64,000 nt of DNA from Octopus vulgaris (lineage: Eukaryota): positions 14,508,001-14,572,000 of the forward strand of contig OX597833.1 of the NCBI GenBank assembly GCA_951406725.2. Direction: 5' to 3'. Below are positions 25,341-40,220 of the stretch, piece after piece. The position numbers and the translations under genes are program-made. Position 1 is the stretch's first letter, and every line of letters starts with the position of its first letter. The notes under the pieces are model-generated. The model saw only the letters and a program-made list of their open reading frames with translations, made no database searches and had not been told where the DNA came from.

Positions 25341-25750
25341 AAATTCCGCCGTGGTCGTCTTTGCCTGTCATCCTTTTGGGGTCGAAAAACCTCCCAAAAT
25401 ATTTCCGGTGTTGTGCCTAGAGTAGAAAACAATATATTTGGTACACTTGTTCAAATTCCGCTGATGTCGACTTTGCCTTTCATCTTTTCGGGGTGAATAA
25501 ATTAAGTACCAGTTGTGTATTGGGGTCGATTTAATCGACTGGCGCACCTCTCCAAAAATTTCCGGTCTTGTGCCTAGAGTAGAAAACAATATATTTGGTA
25601 CACTTGTTCAAATTCCGCTGATGTCGACTTTGCCTTTCATCCTTTCGGGTTCGCTAAATTAAGTACCAGTTTTGTACTGGGGTCGATCTAATCTCCAAAC
25701 ATTTCGGGCCTTGTGCCTAGAGTAGAAAAATACATATTTCGTACACTTGT
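25341..25750 (+). mobile_element. Tandem array of three family C SINE fragments
   Basis: Each unit ends gtgcctagagtagaaaa plus flank tatatttggtacacttgt. Confidence 0.85.
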
Positions 25751-26335
25751 ACTTATTGATTTTCAGGAAAAAAGTAACAGTTTAAACTGTTGCACGGAAA
25801 AATTGCTAAAGGTATATATATATTATGATGGCCTTGAATAATGTAGAATAATATAAAATAACTTATCTAAGTATGTAATCAACAGGTTGATTCTCAGAGG
25901 GATGTATAATAGATCAACCAAAGGAATAAGAACGTAAGTAAAAGAAAAAAAGAAGAAAAAAAACAGTCAACAAGTGAAAGCGAATTTAATGTGTGAAATC
26001 TATTACGTTTGATATATGATAAATTTAATATTATATAAGATAACGTTAATGTGATTAATAAAAGGCGATAGAGAAAAAAATTACAATTTAGAATATTATG
26101 TACAAAATATATATTTGCGTCGCTGAACAAAAACATGGATATAGTAATAAAGGGATGTGCTTAAATGATGTCATACTTAACGAGGTGGCGCCAGGTAAGT
26201 AATAGGCTGGTGGGTAAGGTGCACGTTGTTATTTACAACGCTTTACAGAGGTAGTAAAATCAACAGGTTTTTGAATTATAGCAAATTAAATATTTTTAAA
26301 AACAACAATATAACTTACATGTATGCGCTCCATTC

Positions 26336-26392
<57 letters not shown>

Positions 26393-26543
26393 TTATATAT
26401 ATATTTATATATGTATATATACGTATATATATATATATGTATATATGTATATATAAATATATATTTATATATGCATATATATTTATATATGCATATATAT
26501 ATATATGTATATATATATATATGCATATATATATATATGTATA

Positions 26544-26607
<64 letters not shown>

Positions 26608-26778
26608 CTTGCAAAAGGATGTGTGGCGTTCGATCATATAATAATAAAATAATATATAAATATATGAATATATTACAAGCATATATGTACACACCTACAT
26701 CTATATGTATACATATAGATGTAGGTATGTACATATATGTATGTATATATGCATATATTTATATATTATTCTATTATT

Positions 26779-26821
<43 letters not shown>

Positions 26822-27439
26822 GTATATACACATATTTCGTGTGTGTTAAACATACCATTGTTGTTCGTTTACTCGCCTCTGCTATTGCTATATTTTAGGT
26901 ATTTAAACAACATATACACATATCCACACTCACACACACACACACACACATATATAAATACGCATGAATGTATATACATGTATCTGTGTGTAAGTATATG
27001 CATATAGGTGTATCAGTGTTTTTATAACGGTGAGTGCACATGTGTGTCTGTGCGTCTCTCAGTATATGGGTGGTCGTATGTTTGCGATATAAAATTTTAC
27101 TGGGAGCAATTTATATATAAGCAAATGCGTTGAAGAAACCATGGTATCTAAATATAAATAAAACGTGTAAAAATGAGTAAATACCGTGCAATATGAACCA
27201 TTTATATATTATAACGTATCATTAAAATGAACTGAAATGAAGTAGAAATAAAAGAATGGCGGAAATAGGAACAGAAATTATTGAAGATGAATAAAATTGG
27301 ATGAAAAAATATAACGCGTTATTTATTTTGCAAGGATTATTGCAAGGATTACGTAAACAGTATACAGAGGAGTTTAATAAATAAGATGTAATTTATTTCA
27401 GACGGTGGTTGGTATCAATTGGTGTCCAGCATCGGCAAA

Positions 27440-28058
27440 TCTCTCTCTATATAAAGCTGAAGTTGTCTGAGTATGGCAGGTTTGGTAGCCTTCAACTAAT
27501 GCTATCTCCTCCGAGACCCTGCGGCGCAAGTTGACCAAAATTGAGAGTATGATAGACGAAGGCTTGCTCTTCCTTCCATAGAAGAAGAAGAAATTCAAAT
27601 CGGACCATGTGAACACCAAAAATTATTTAGATCAAAAAGGTGCTTTTTTTCTATGAAAATCCCTATTTTTGCTATTTTTTGACAGCTGTGTCGCCATTTT
27701 TCGGTGTAGTTCAACCAGAGAAATGTTCACTTAAAGAGAATAACAAGCTACATAATACAAAATTTTTACTTTTCAAAAATTAGTTAGTTAGTTAGTTAGT
27801 TAATTTGGCTCAAAAGCAAATAGCAAGGCCATGTAGGGGGACATGGAGTTAAGTACAGGGTGGTGTTCATGTAAAGAGTTCAGGCCACTTGAGGTCCAGG
27901 GAGGCTTTGAACAAAGCGGTCGTCGGCATCTTCACCATCTCGTCTGGCAGCTTGTTCCGCGGATCCGCAACCCGGACGGAGAAAGCTCCTCTCCTTCTTT
28001 AGAATTACAATTCTAAAGGGTCGAAACAAACCCGAGCAACGCCGGACGATACGGCTAG
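27440..28058 (+). mobile_element. Non-autonomous Helitron with nested LINE fragment
   Basis: A|TC(tctctctatataaag)...cccgagcaacgccggacgatacggCTAG|T; empty site in unit 1 (catcggcaaataac, 24301-24314). Confidence 0.9.
27781..27998 (-). mobile_element. CR1-type LINE 3' end
   Basis: RRRGAFSVRVADPRNKLPDEMVKMPTTALFKASLDLKWPELFT* (CR1 ORF2 end FS.RV...WN.LP..FK..LD), short UTR and (TAAC)n tail. Confidence 0.85.
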
Positions 28059-28373
28059 TAAATGTAATGTTGAAGAAGATCCAGGTGATAGTTAGAGGAG
28101 ACAGCAACCGGATATGGCTGAAACAGCATAGTGGAGCATGAGTGGAAATATCATAATCCGGAAAGGAATTCCCTTCAGTGGGTGAGGGCCGGCGGTGAAC
28201 TGTAAAGCCATCGAGATGAAGGCTCCGAGATGGTGCGCCTCTCTCCTGAATGCGGAGTTTTCGACCGATTGCATCTGCTTTAGCAAGCTGTTTCCAAGTC
28301 TCTGCAGACTTAAATGTAACGTAATTAATTGTGTGTTGAATAGGAATTTCTATCTTAATAAAATAATTAATTA

Positions 28374-28962
28374 AGGCAGCGAGCTGGCAGAAACGTTAGC
28401 ACGCCGGGCGAAATGCTTAGCAGCATTTCGTCTGCCGCTACGTTCTGAGTTCAAATTCCGTCGAGGTCGAATTTGCTTTTCAGCCTTTCGGGGTCGATAA
28501 ATTAAGTACCAGTTACGCACTGGGGTCGATATAATCGACTTAATCCGTTTATCTGTCCTTGTTTGTCCCGTTTGTGTTTAGCCCCTTGTGGGTAGTAAAG
28601 AAATAGAAATAGGTATTTCGTCTGCCGTTACGTTCTGAGTTCAAATTCCGCCGAGGTCGACTTTGTCTTTCATCCTTTCGGGTCGATAAATTGAGTACCA
28701 GTTACGCAGTGGGATCGATATAATTGATTTAATCCGATTGTCTGACCTTGTTTGTCCTCTCTTTGTTTAGTCCCTTCTGGTTAGTAAAGAAATAAGTATT
28801 TCGTCTGCCGCTACGTTTTGAGTTCAAATTCAGCAGAGGTCGAATTTGCCTTTCAACCTTTCAGAGTCGATAAATTAAGTACCAGTTGCGTACTGAGGTC
28901 GATGTAATCGACTGCCCTCCCTCCCCCAAAATTTCGGGCCTTGTGACTTGAGTAGAAAAGAA
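28374..28962 (+). mobile_element. Family C SINE trimer
   Basis: One head (ggcagcgagctggcagaaacgttagc) plus three bodies with ttcatcctttcggg(g)tcgataaatt(a/g)agtaccag; one TSD pair taaa(a/g)taatt(a/g)atta. Confidence 0.9.
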
Positions 28963-29736
28963 TAAAGTAATTGATTAGATAAAGTTTATATATCGAGAAC
29001 TGCACTTGAATCCATTAACTGCCAAACATTTTATACATATTCTTTTGGCTTTACCTGGTTTCTTACGAGTTAAGATAATATACAGCATTAAAATTTTCTT
29101 TATATGTGGATTACTTTGGAGATTATGATAATTTTTTCGAAAAGTCGTATATTGGGAACGCTGAAAAAAAAGTATATTTATCCTTTTCAATTTAATTGCA
29201 ATAATAAGTATTATTTTTTTTGAAACTATAGTATCAAATGCGAATGTGCATGATATGAATAAATGATAGAGATAGAAAATGCAAAAAAAAAATGGAAAAA
29301 TGGAAAAACGTTTTTCGAACATTCAATGTATTTGAAGTTCAAATTTTGCGATCTATGAGATAAAACAGCCTATAAAAGTAGCCAGAGCTAATAATTACAA
29401 ATTTTAACTATTAATATTGTTGAATACGCCTCTGCAAATGCAATGCACATAAGAAATTCACTTTAAATACAACGAACAACTGGCAGTGAGATTGTTTTTT
29501 AACAGATCCCCAGATGTGGAACATGGCAGTCAATGGGTAAATGAAATAGGTGCTGGAATGTGAGTGTTGTGCAGAAGCTGGTTTAGCTACCATGTGGCTT
29601 TGAGTTTAGTCCTGCTGCGTGGTCCCTTGGACAAGTGTTGATGTCATCTCTACAGATTTTCTGTAAAAGATATACCGAGGACTGATTCTGTTACGACATT
29701 TCGTAACCGAGACGAAGACAACAAAAGGTGTGATGG

Positions 29737-29828
<92 letters not shown>

Positions 29829-30532
29829 TACCTGTCTGCTTATCTGTTTATCTATATGTCAGTATATCTGTTTGTCTACCTAATTAACTATACATACATA
29901 CGTACGTACATACATACGTACGTACATACATGCGTAGTACGTACACGCGCACTCACACACTCATTTAAGCCAACAGGTTTTGGGGTCTGACTATACGCTA
30001 TAAAGTTAAACCCTTTATGGACGGGAAATCCATGGTAATCCTATAAACCAGCCTTTCCCATTAAAATACACACACACAAACATATGTAAGTATATGCTCG
30101 CAGGTATGTACTTACGCACGCATACCTACGCATGTTCGTTTACCTGTGAATATTCCAATGCTTTTATATTTCCTCTAGCATAAATAGCTTGGATTGTGCT
30201 TTTATTCACTTGCAGTTCTGTGATCAGTTAAAATAATGTACAATTGCTTAGGATCTTCATGACCTTTATTTATGTAAAATTTCATTTATTTATTGTTGTT
30301 AATCACACATTGTTCAGAATTGAATACAAAGTCACAAAAGGCTTGCTGCGAAACTTTGCTTACGGCATTCTTTCAATTCAGATTCTTGCAATGCTGTGCT
30401 ACCTTTTCGTTTCCCGGATAATGAAAACAGATTTGCCTCAGGCGATACTTGATGCCTGAACACACGAATTGAGAACGTATAACGAAATATATTTTACGAG
30501 GCACCGATTAGAATTCCAGATAATGCAATTGC

Positions 30533-31352
<820 letters not shown>

Positions 31353-31399
31353 GTACATGCGCTCACACACACACTTATTGAAACACACATACACACACT

Positions 31400-31960
31400 C
31401 AGAGTGCGATGTAAATAATGACTAACATCTTTTATTAATAAACTTTTTATTGAGAGAAAAAAATTCCAGTTCTTTAAAAAAACAACAAGACCTTTCATGA
31501 TTCAAAAAAACAAACTATTTAACGTGTTCAAAATGCTTCTCATCGTGTTTAATTATACGCTGAAACCTACAATTAACACTTCTAAAAACCATTTGATAAT
31601 TTCAATGTTAATTTCAGAAATTGCTTGTGTTTATTCAGAAATTGTTTCCGCTTTAAGCTTGTAAACAACATCTTTCAGTACACCCAATAAGCAAAAGTCA
31701 AGTGGCGCTAGATTTGGTGAACGTGATAGCCACTCATATTGCTCCATGTAGTCCTATTCCCAACCGCTCCAAATTTACACTTAACCATTTCCGAACGCTT
31801 AACCCATATTAGGGTAGTGCGCCATCTGATGGAAAGGAAATGTCATTCTTATTTCTAGGTCTCGATCAGAATTCAGTTTTTAGCATATGCAGATAATATT
31901 CATTAACTATACTCTCAATTAATATCGGTCTTATTATACTCGTTGAGGAAATGAAGGTCC
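31400..31960 (-). pseudogene. Decayed DD41D (rosa-like) Tc1/mariner transposase C-terminus
   Basis: SVRKWLSVN..GIGLHGA.EWLSRSPNLAPLDFCLLGVLKDVVYK (cf. WPPRSPDLTPLDFFLWG.LKD.VY). Confidence 0.75.
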
Positions 31961-32095
31961 AAGCACTCACTCTTGGTAGGTTAACATTTTTTTCACACGG
32001 TAACATGCGGGTTAACATCATGTCAGTACACACAGTTACAGCGACTCATGTGGTCATTCAGTTTGAACACAATATCGTATCAAGAAAAATTATAT

Positions 32096-32137
<42 letters not shown>

Positions 32138-32279
32138 GCACACATACACACGCACACACACACATACATACACACACAGACATAGACACGTACGCATATA
32201 TATATATTTATACACACACACAGACACACTCACAAATATATATAGACATGTACATATGAACACACACATAAACCTATCT

Positions 32280-32319
<40 letters not shown>

Positions 32320-32324
<5 letters not shown>

Positions 32325-32535
32325 TAATCCAAACATGGAAATACAAAGAGAAAACACAACAACGCGAGGACGTGGAACAAATATAGTATTATTGGACGCT
32401 CAGGAAGGAAGGGAAGAAGGAGGGTTTAACGCTTCGAGCGGAGCTCTTCGTCGGAAACATAGGAGAAAGAAAGATCCAGAGAAGGGAAGACAGAGGGAAA
32501 AAAATCGCCAACGGTACACACGCGGTCACATTTCG
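32320..32535 (-). mobile_element. Short hammerhead-like repeat, copy 1
   Basis: Matches 54843-55050; minus strand GTTT-CCGACGAA-GAGC-TCC-GCTC-GAAGCGTT-AAAC at 32424-32458; ends in (TA)n. Confidence 0.7.
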
Positions 32536-32760
32536 AATGTGAAATATATATATGCATACATGTACATGTATACACGCACACGCACGCATCTACGCACAAA
32601 GACACTGAGATACAGAGACATACATATGCACATCATTCACACGATGAATTATATTTTTGTATATCTATATCTAAATGTATGTATGCATGCAGCTATCTAT
32701 CTCTCTTTCGCTGTCTCGCTATATATATATACATATACACATACATACATATATATAATA

Positions 32761-32792
<32 letters not shown>

Positions 32793-33067
32793 CATAGATT
32801 CACACGCATGTACACTTATACTCACACAGAGACAATATAAATCTGCCCAAACTGCTGATTTCGCTTAATATGTGAGACATTACTTTTTCACAGATGTGTT
32901 CGGCAACTTTTCAATAATAAAATGATGGTTAACGACGGACGGTAACAACCTGGGAAATCTTGCAGGCAATGCGCTTCGTTATCTTTTCGCTAATCACACA
33001 GACATCTTCCTATGAACAGTTTCATCTATAAGAAATAGTTTCCATTTCATTCTTTCTTTCCTCTATG

Positions 33068-33142
<75 letters not shown>

Positions 33143-33171
33143 CACATATATATATACATATATATACACAC

Positions 33172-33237
<66 letters not shown>

Positions 33238-33572
33238 ACAAATTAATGAATAAAATATATGTATATATACATATATGTACGTACCTACATCTACAAGTAT
33301 ATATACATGCATATGTGGGTACAGGACACCAAATAAAACGTTGAACACAATGACAAACGAAAACGTAAACACAAAATCAAGGAAATGGACATTTCAGGAG
33401 TAACGTGGTCCGGGGGTTGTCCGAGGAAATGAGGAAAATGAAAGTAGATGGAAATAGCACTAAAGGAAATATCAGTGAGAAATCAAATGAGGAAGGTGAT
33501 CTTGGGCCTCATACACAAAAAGGTTCGTTTAAGAAAATCTGTATGGCCCTCAACATTGTGAGTCACATTATA

Positions 33573-34085
33573 TCTATATATATAAAACTGTAGTTGTGTG
33601 AGTGTCTGTCCCCTTCGATTTAGATTCCTAACTACTCCCACATTTTGCGGTGCAGTTTAACCAAATTCGGGTATCTTATAGTCGTGATTCATATCGAGCC
33701 CGTCTGAGTATTAGCGCGCGTCTACGATGAGTCTACGATTTAAAAAATAATTTAACATCATTTTTTATTCCATTTTAATGCATAATTTTTCGTGTGTCGA
33801 TGGCGGCGGAGTTGGCGTCCATGGTCACACCTGCACCTGTTTGCTTCTCCCCCTTCTTCCCTCCCACGTGAAGCTGTGGGGAAGGGAGTGCAAGGAAATC
33901 AACGTCGTAAAGCGTTGTCAAGGAGACCAGCGTTCTTTTAGAACAACGACTTCATGGCTTGAAGACACCAAAACAGAAATGGCTAAGAAAGCCCGAATTG
34001 GCATCTATAAGGGAAGTAACTCTCTAAAAATGATTATATAGTTATTTCCCTTACAAACCCGAGCAACGCCGGGCGATACTGCTAG
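33573..34085 (+). mobile_element. Non-autonomous Helitron
   Basis: A|TC(tatatatataaaac)...cccgagcaacgccgggcgatactgCTAG|T; 5' part homologous to 21974-22371. Confidence 0.9.
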
Positions 34086-34086
34086 T

Positions 34087-34340
34087 AATCTATAAAAAAT
34101 GTTAGTTATAAAAAGGACCCATGAATAATAATCTATGAAATGTAATCTGTATAGGTGTTCTATAAACGGTTATCCATAAAATGTAATCTATAAGGCGATA
34201 ATCGTAAGAGATATTCGTAAAGGTTATCGAATAAGGGGTAATATATAAATGTGGTCCATAAAGGGTAGATCATTAAACGGGGCCTATAAAACGAAAATCC
34301 ACAAAGAGAGCCAATAAAAACAGTTCATAAAATCATAAAT
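34087..34340 (+). repeat. Cryptic ~14-bp degenerate minisatellite
   Basis: Units such as aatctatgaaatgt, tatccataaaatgt, aatctataaggcgat, ggtccataaagggt. Confidence 0.6.
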
Positions 34341-35504
34341 CTTCAAAGGCGTTTCGTATTGAATTCTGCCGCTCAATTCAAACTGACTAAATGATCTCAT
34401 GATTGATCTAACGTACCTTATGCGTAATATTCTTGGATAAATATAATATCTGAAAATTCTCTAATTACGTTTTCTTTGTCATTTTCTATCTCAGGTATTT
34501 CATTTATCTTTCTGATGTAAGTTTTCGCAAATATTTTGTTGGCCATTTTTAATATTTTTGAATTCAGTGAAATTGCTATGTATTCTTTATTTAAATATGA
34601 AAATGGGGTGTATATGCACACAAGTATTTAAGTATTTCTTACGTGGGGTAACGATATAAATGATCACTCGAGAGGTATAATTGTCATATTTTAATTGTCA
34701 TATTTGTGAATCGGGGTAAGAAGAAAAGAATCTCATAAAACTTAACACAAATTGAAAATATGAATTTCACGTCTCGTTTCGAATGTTACTGATTGTTGAG
34801 GTTAAGCAGAAAGAAATACTTTTAGAATCAATTCCAAAATAGAAGTGTTCTTATGGAACAAAAGATCAAATATTGATATGAGAAGTGAGACATATAATAG
34901 GTGCTCCGAGAAAGAAAAACCCAATACATTAGTAACTCGAACGTATAGTTCCTAGAGAGAGAAATCCATTCGGTACTGAATATGGAATCCAACAGTGATA
35001 GCCTCTCATCTGATCGCCTGATTTAATTTAGTGAGGATTTGAATATTACTATTTATTTTGTTGAGGGTTCTTGGTGATTGATTTTTCGTTACAGAAATCG
35101 TAGTTGGATAATGTTGACATTTACAAACTTCGTGAAAAGCAGTTTTCGCCAGTTTGTGGAGGCACAGGGTAAAGACTGAGGGTGTACTCACGAATCCTTG
35201 TAGCATAGTAGTCAGAAAATTTTGTTCCTAGCAATCCAATTGGGCATTCATTCTTTTGAAATAAGAGCTTCATTTGCACACCTGTTACCATAAATATGAA
35301 TTACAAAGGTATATATATATGTATATATAAATTAGAAAAAACACCTTTTATCAATTCACGAATGAAATAATTAAATAATACGATATAGAAAAAAATTAAA
35401 TATAATATATTAACACATACGAATAATTAAGTAATGTACAAAATGATAAATAAAATGTATATAATTGGTAAATTATATACTTCAAACTGGGATAACATAT
35501 ATAT

Positions 35505-35670
35505 ATATACGACGTGCTCCTTTCAGTTTACTTCTACCAAATACACTCACAAGATTGGTCGGTCTGAGGCTATAGTAGAAAATGCTTGCGCAAGGTGCCA
35601 TACAGTGGGACTGAACCCGGGACCATGTGGTTCGGAAGCAAGCTTCTTACTACATAGCCACGCCTGCGCC
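35505..35670 (-). mobile_element. SINE family A, 5' half
   Basis: Reverse complement of family A head and body. Confidence 0.8.
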
Positions 35671-36583
35671 ATAGACAAAACCGTTTCTTTTAGTCTAGTT
35701 CTGTTGTTGTTACTATCTCTACCGTTCATTTCTTAATTGTTGATCTAAATTTTATATTCCCCGCTCACCGGTTTCAATGTTCAAGCAGTGCATCGTCCTT
35801 GTTGCGCAATTATTTTTCTTGGTGTCGTTATTGTAAATGCATTTTCTCTTTACCTCACTTTAGATCGCAAATCCATCTACAGCAGAAGGTGTTCCTGTCC
35901 ATTCCCTTTTATTGCCTCTTTTAGTCTATCGGGGAATCCAATATCCATTGTGAAATTCCATTGGTAAGAATATAGATAGAACCGGAATCTAAACAAGTTT
36001 AGAAGATCAAACGCCTCAAAGGAAATATCTCATTCTTACGTCTGATGCCATTGATAATACTTCTCATAATTTGTTAAATGTAAAGGCAATTGTTGTGGTT
36101 ACCATCTTTTTCTTGAAGCTCTGTTCTTGCAGATGCATATGAATAAAGTTATATGATTTCTTGTAACTATTTCAGTGGTCTTGCTCTATAAATGTTCGTA
36201 CGGCAGTCCTTTTATTTGTAGTTGTCATTGATGGTCTCAATGCTGTTATCCCGGTTTGTGCGAATGCTACAAATATTTCAGTTCTAGTATTCCTGTGATT
36301 GGCATCGTTTTATTATACACATATGCACAGAGCTTCTCTCATGCGTTCATTACAACTGTTGTAAAGTTAGATGAGGTTTTATCCTTCACCTGATGATAAA
36401 AGCTCGCCAAGAAGTTTCAATGTGGAATGACAAAGTGAAATGGAGAGTGGCTGAGAGAGCAAGGGAGATAGAGTCATATATATATATGTATATAAAGAGA
36501 ATTAAAGAATGTTGGAGGAAGAAAACAGTACAGAATAGAGTCGCATATACGCACACACACAAGCAAATATATATATGTATATG

Positions 36584-36653
<70 letters not shown>

Positions 36654-37060
36654 TTTTTAAATTTGCTTAGGGGAAATGTTTTGAATATGTAAACGAAAGT
36701 TCTATTCCATTATGACGGCCACAGTCTAATGATGCTTATTGGTGAACCAGTTTTTTGATGTTGCATCGAGCTGTACCGATATAATGCAGGATAAATATAA
36801 GAATAATAACAATAATCCTTGGATGGAATTTTTAACCATTTAATGCATCCTTATGCACGTACCCACACACCCCATGATTCTTAAGATCAGAGTCCGTATT
36901 GCTGGGATGATTATAGTGTAATCTGTGGACATCGGATCGATCATCTTCATGGATTCATTTCTTCTGGCGATATAACATTAAAGCATGTTTGCCAGAAGGA
37001 TGTTTATCCCTTTTTGTCGAGTGCGAAGGTTGGTTGAGTAATAACTCAATCAGCTTTCGC

Positions 37061-37109
<49 letters not shown>

Positions 37110-37113
<4 letters not shown>

Positions 37114-37415
37114 ACTAATGTAGGATAACATTTTTTTCGAAAAAGATTTTATCAATGGCCAGCATATCAAAAAATACCTTTAACGGTTAAATTTATAAAA
37201 TAAGGGCAAAATAAAAATTCTAATGCCAAATATGCCAAAAAAAAAAGACAAAATTGTCAATAACCATTATAATTTATGCGTCTCGAAACAAGCCGATAGA
37301 AATTTCTACGAAATCCGTTATTACCGTATTGGTCCCAATTTTGGGGTTAATTTATAAGAATTTTCCCCTCTTCAGCGATAAATATGTAAGACATAAATGA
37401 AATACTTACTCATAC

Positions 37416-37420
<5 letters not shown>
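37110..37420 (-). mobile_element. Hammerhead-bearing Penelope-like repeat, copy 2
   Basis: Homologous to 8355-8680; hammerhead at ~37321-37381 has GAAA changed to AAAA; (TA)n on both sides. Confidence 0.75.
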
Positions 37421-37452
<32 letters not shown>

Positions 37453-37937
37453 TATATGCGACTCTACTCTGTACTATTTTCTTCCTCAATACTTCTTTAA
37501 TTCTCTTTTTCTCTCCTCCCTCTTTCACCATTTTCTATATCTCTCTCTATTCTCGTCTTTCTATTTTTTCTCTCTCTCTCTCTCTTCTATCTTTCGTCTT
37601 TTCAAAGAAAATATTTCTCCCAACCCTTCACTATTTTCCTCTCGTTTTGGTCTAACGAACCTCCATGTTTTTTTTTCGTTCGGTTTCCTTATATGTTTCT
37701 ACTTCCTGTTTTGGTTCCCACCTTTCACCCTCCATAAATCCTAAATTTTATTTTAGAATTTATGGTAACAACTCTCTTTGTAAACACCTATTGTCACTGA
37801 AGAGTAGACAGACAGCCGACAACTGATGAACGTTCGTTTCTCTTTATTTACTTGTTCTGTTTTCCATTTTTTCTCTCGTTGCTTACGTATTTCACTCGTT
37901 TATCTACACATTTCATGTTGTTTACGCAGTTGGTGAC

Positions 37938-37997
<60 letters not shown>

Positions 37998-38023
37998 CAT
38001 TATTATTAGTATTATTATTATTA

Positions 38024-38069
<46 letters not shown>

Positions 38070-38107
38070 TATTATCATTATTATTATCATTATTATTATT
38101 ATTATTA

Positions 38108-38150
<43 letters not shown>

Positions 38151-38178
38151 CATTATTATCATTATTATTATCATTATT

Positions 38179-38221
<43 letters not shown>

Positions 38222-38222
<1 letters not shown>

Positions 38223-38755
38223 CATTGAGTGAGAGAGCAGTTCATGCCATCAAAGTGACACTGGGGTAAAATATACGAAGCCCAATATACCCATCATGAC
38301 TACCCGTCTGATAAAGGTACACCAGGCACATGCATCACAACTATATGTGCGCGACATGATGATCTCATATCAAGATAAACAGCACATGACCTTGCAGGTG
38401 GGGCGCAGTTAGAATTTTCTTCAGGTTGAGTAGCCCATCCCGCTCAAACAGTCCCTGAATAAGGGTTGTTTAAGGATGTTGAAAAAGAACCACCCATGTT
38501 TCCAGAGGTGAACTATTCAAACCCCAAAGAATCCCTCTCAACACATGGCTATGATGCTCCCCCACTACTTCTGCTCGTGATCAGAGATGCACATATCGTC
38601 AGCCACTAAGGGACATGCTCAACTGGTTAAGGTCAAACAACTGACAAGCAAATCTGTGGTATTGAGCAGAATATTTGCTGTAGCCCATCTTTTATACCAA
38701 GACAAAACAATGTACATGATAACACTTCCAATCAGTTAAGATCAGAAGCCATGAG
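38222..38755 (-). mobile_element. Probable LINE 3' UTR inserted in (ATT)n, Dong/R4-like
   Basis: ~530 bp of complex sequence with (ATT)n on both sides; Dong-group R4 elements are known to target (TAA)n; no ORF to confirm. Confidence 0.55.
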
Positions 38756-38762
38756 ATTATTA

Positions 38763-38814
<52 letters not shown>

Positions 38815-40220
38815 AAAGTAGAAATAGAAGAATATATTTGCCATTTAACTTCCATACCCGGAGACTATTCTTACAGTCGACTTTCCGGACCGGAACCGTC
38901 TCTCTCAGATGATGGATTTGGAGTTAAAATTCCGGATTTATCTGAGCCATACTTGAAGGATATCTATACCACTCCTGTATAAGCGATCTTAAGCACCCGT
39001 TTAAACATTCACTTTGTCTCTCTCATTACACGGTGTATGTATGCTTGCATGCATGCATGTATGTATGTACGTATGTATGTATGTACGCATGCATGTATAT
39101 ATGTGTGTATGTGTGTGTGTGTGTGTGCTTGTGTGTGTATATGTGTATGCCATAAAAGAAAAAGAATGATAATTTATATTTCTACATAACTTTATGCGTA
39201 TGTACAACACTTTCAAATGCTCAAATGACTTAGGGGACTCTTTCATCGTTATACATCTCGTATGCGTAACCAATTAAAAAAAACTAAACAATTATTCGTC
39301 TAATTAATGAATTAATTATCCCTGAACCATTCCCTCGATATCGTAATGTTATGGTGATGTCTTTTTGCATATTTTTTTAACAAACATTTTCGGAAGAATT
39401 TTTCTAAGTAATAGACATATACACTTACCGCCTTCCATTTATCGTATAGTTACTAAATTCTGAGCCTTGGGTTGTCAGGTTATCAACATATAGTCGAGTG
39501 TATTTTGTTTTTCTGCGAGAACAAAGTCTGAAGAAAATTACTAAAATTTCAAACATTTATTTGCTGGTCAAACTATGAACGGATAATAGTTTAATTTAAG
39601 TAGGGAAAGATGAAACAGTGTAGTTTAACTGGATATATAATATTTTCATGTAAAATTAATTAGTTAATTAACCGGATCTCTAGTCCATTCCGTAAATAGG
39701 TTTACTACAGTTAAAATGAGTTCAATTAAATAGAATTAAATAAACTTAATTTTTCTTTAACGATATTTTATAGCTGTATTTAGTATCAAATCCTCACCCA
39801 AAAAGCTGACAATGGTTAAATTGTGACAATATATTAGAAACTATCATCCGACGGTTTGAAGTATCTTACATTTGTCGACAGTGTCAAGGATCAAATTGCT
39901 TCGGATTTCGATGCGGTCGTCTGGGAATACGCTCGAGATACGTACAGTACGCATTTTTTAAATGTGGTCTAATCCAACGAAATCTTTTTCCTTCGGCAGC
40001 ATACCATATTTCTCGACTAGGACATCAGCTTGTTGTTTGAGACATGTCGACATATTGTGATAGAAAACTGAACTGCGTAACATTCAAAATTCCTTGAATG
40101 CCGAGGTCGCTCATGATAGTGATAAAGCTCTGAAAGAACATTGAAGAGGAGTTATTTCGATGTTATACCTTTATCGGATTCAATGAATTTGTAAGTTATC
40201 TTTTCCTTCCCAGTACTGGA

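Larger units (their letters stand above)
25795..29290 (+). repeat. Unit 2 of the old tandem segmental duplication
   Basis: Colinear with 21487-25330 once insertions are removed. Confidence 0.85.

Noticed and set aside
25341-25750. CRISPR-like repeat-spacer pattern
   Set aside because: Units are SINE fragments without unique spacers; eukaryotic context and no cas genes.
35189-35281. Candidate minus-strand exon (VQMKLLFQKNECPIGLLGTKFSDYYATRI) and similar sites near 32894, 41501 and 46815
   Set aside because: Weak acceptors or stops, no recognisable domain, and no consistent gene model.
37795-37835. CTGAAGA and CTGATGA words as hammerheads (also 36390, 44897)
   Set aside because: No closing stem II or GAAA box found downstream.
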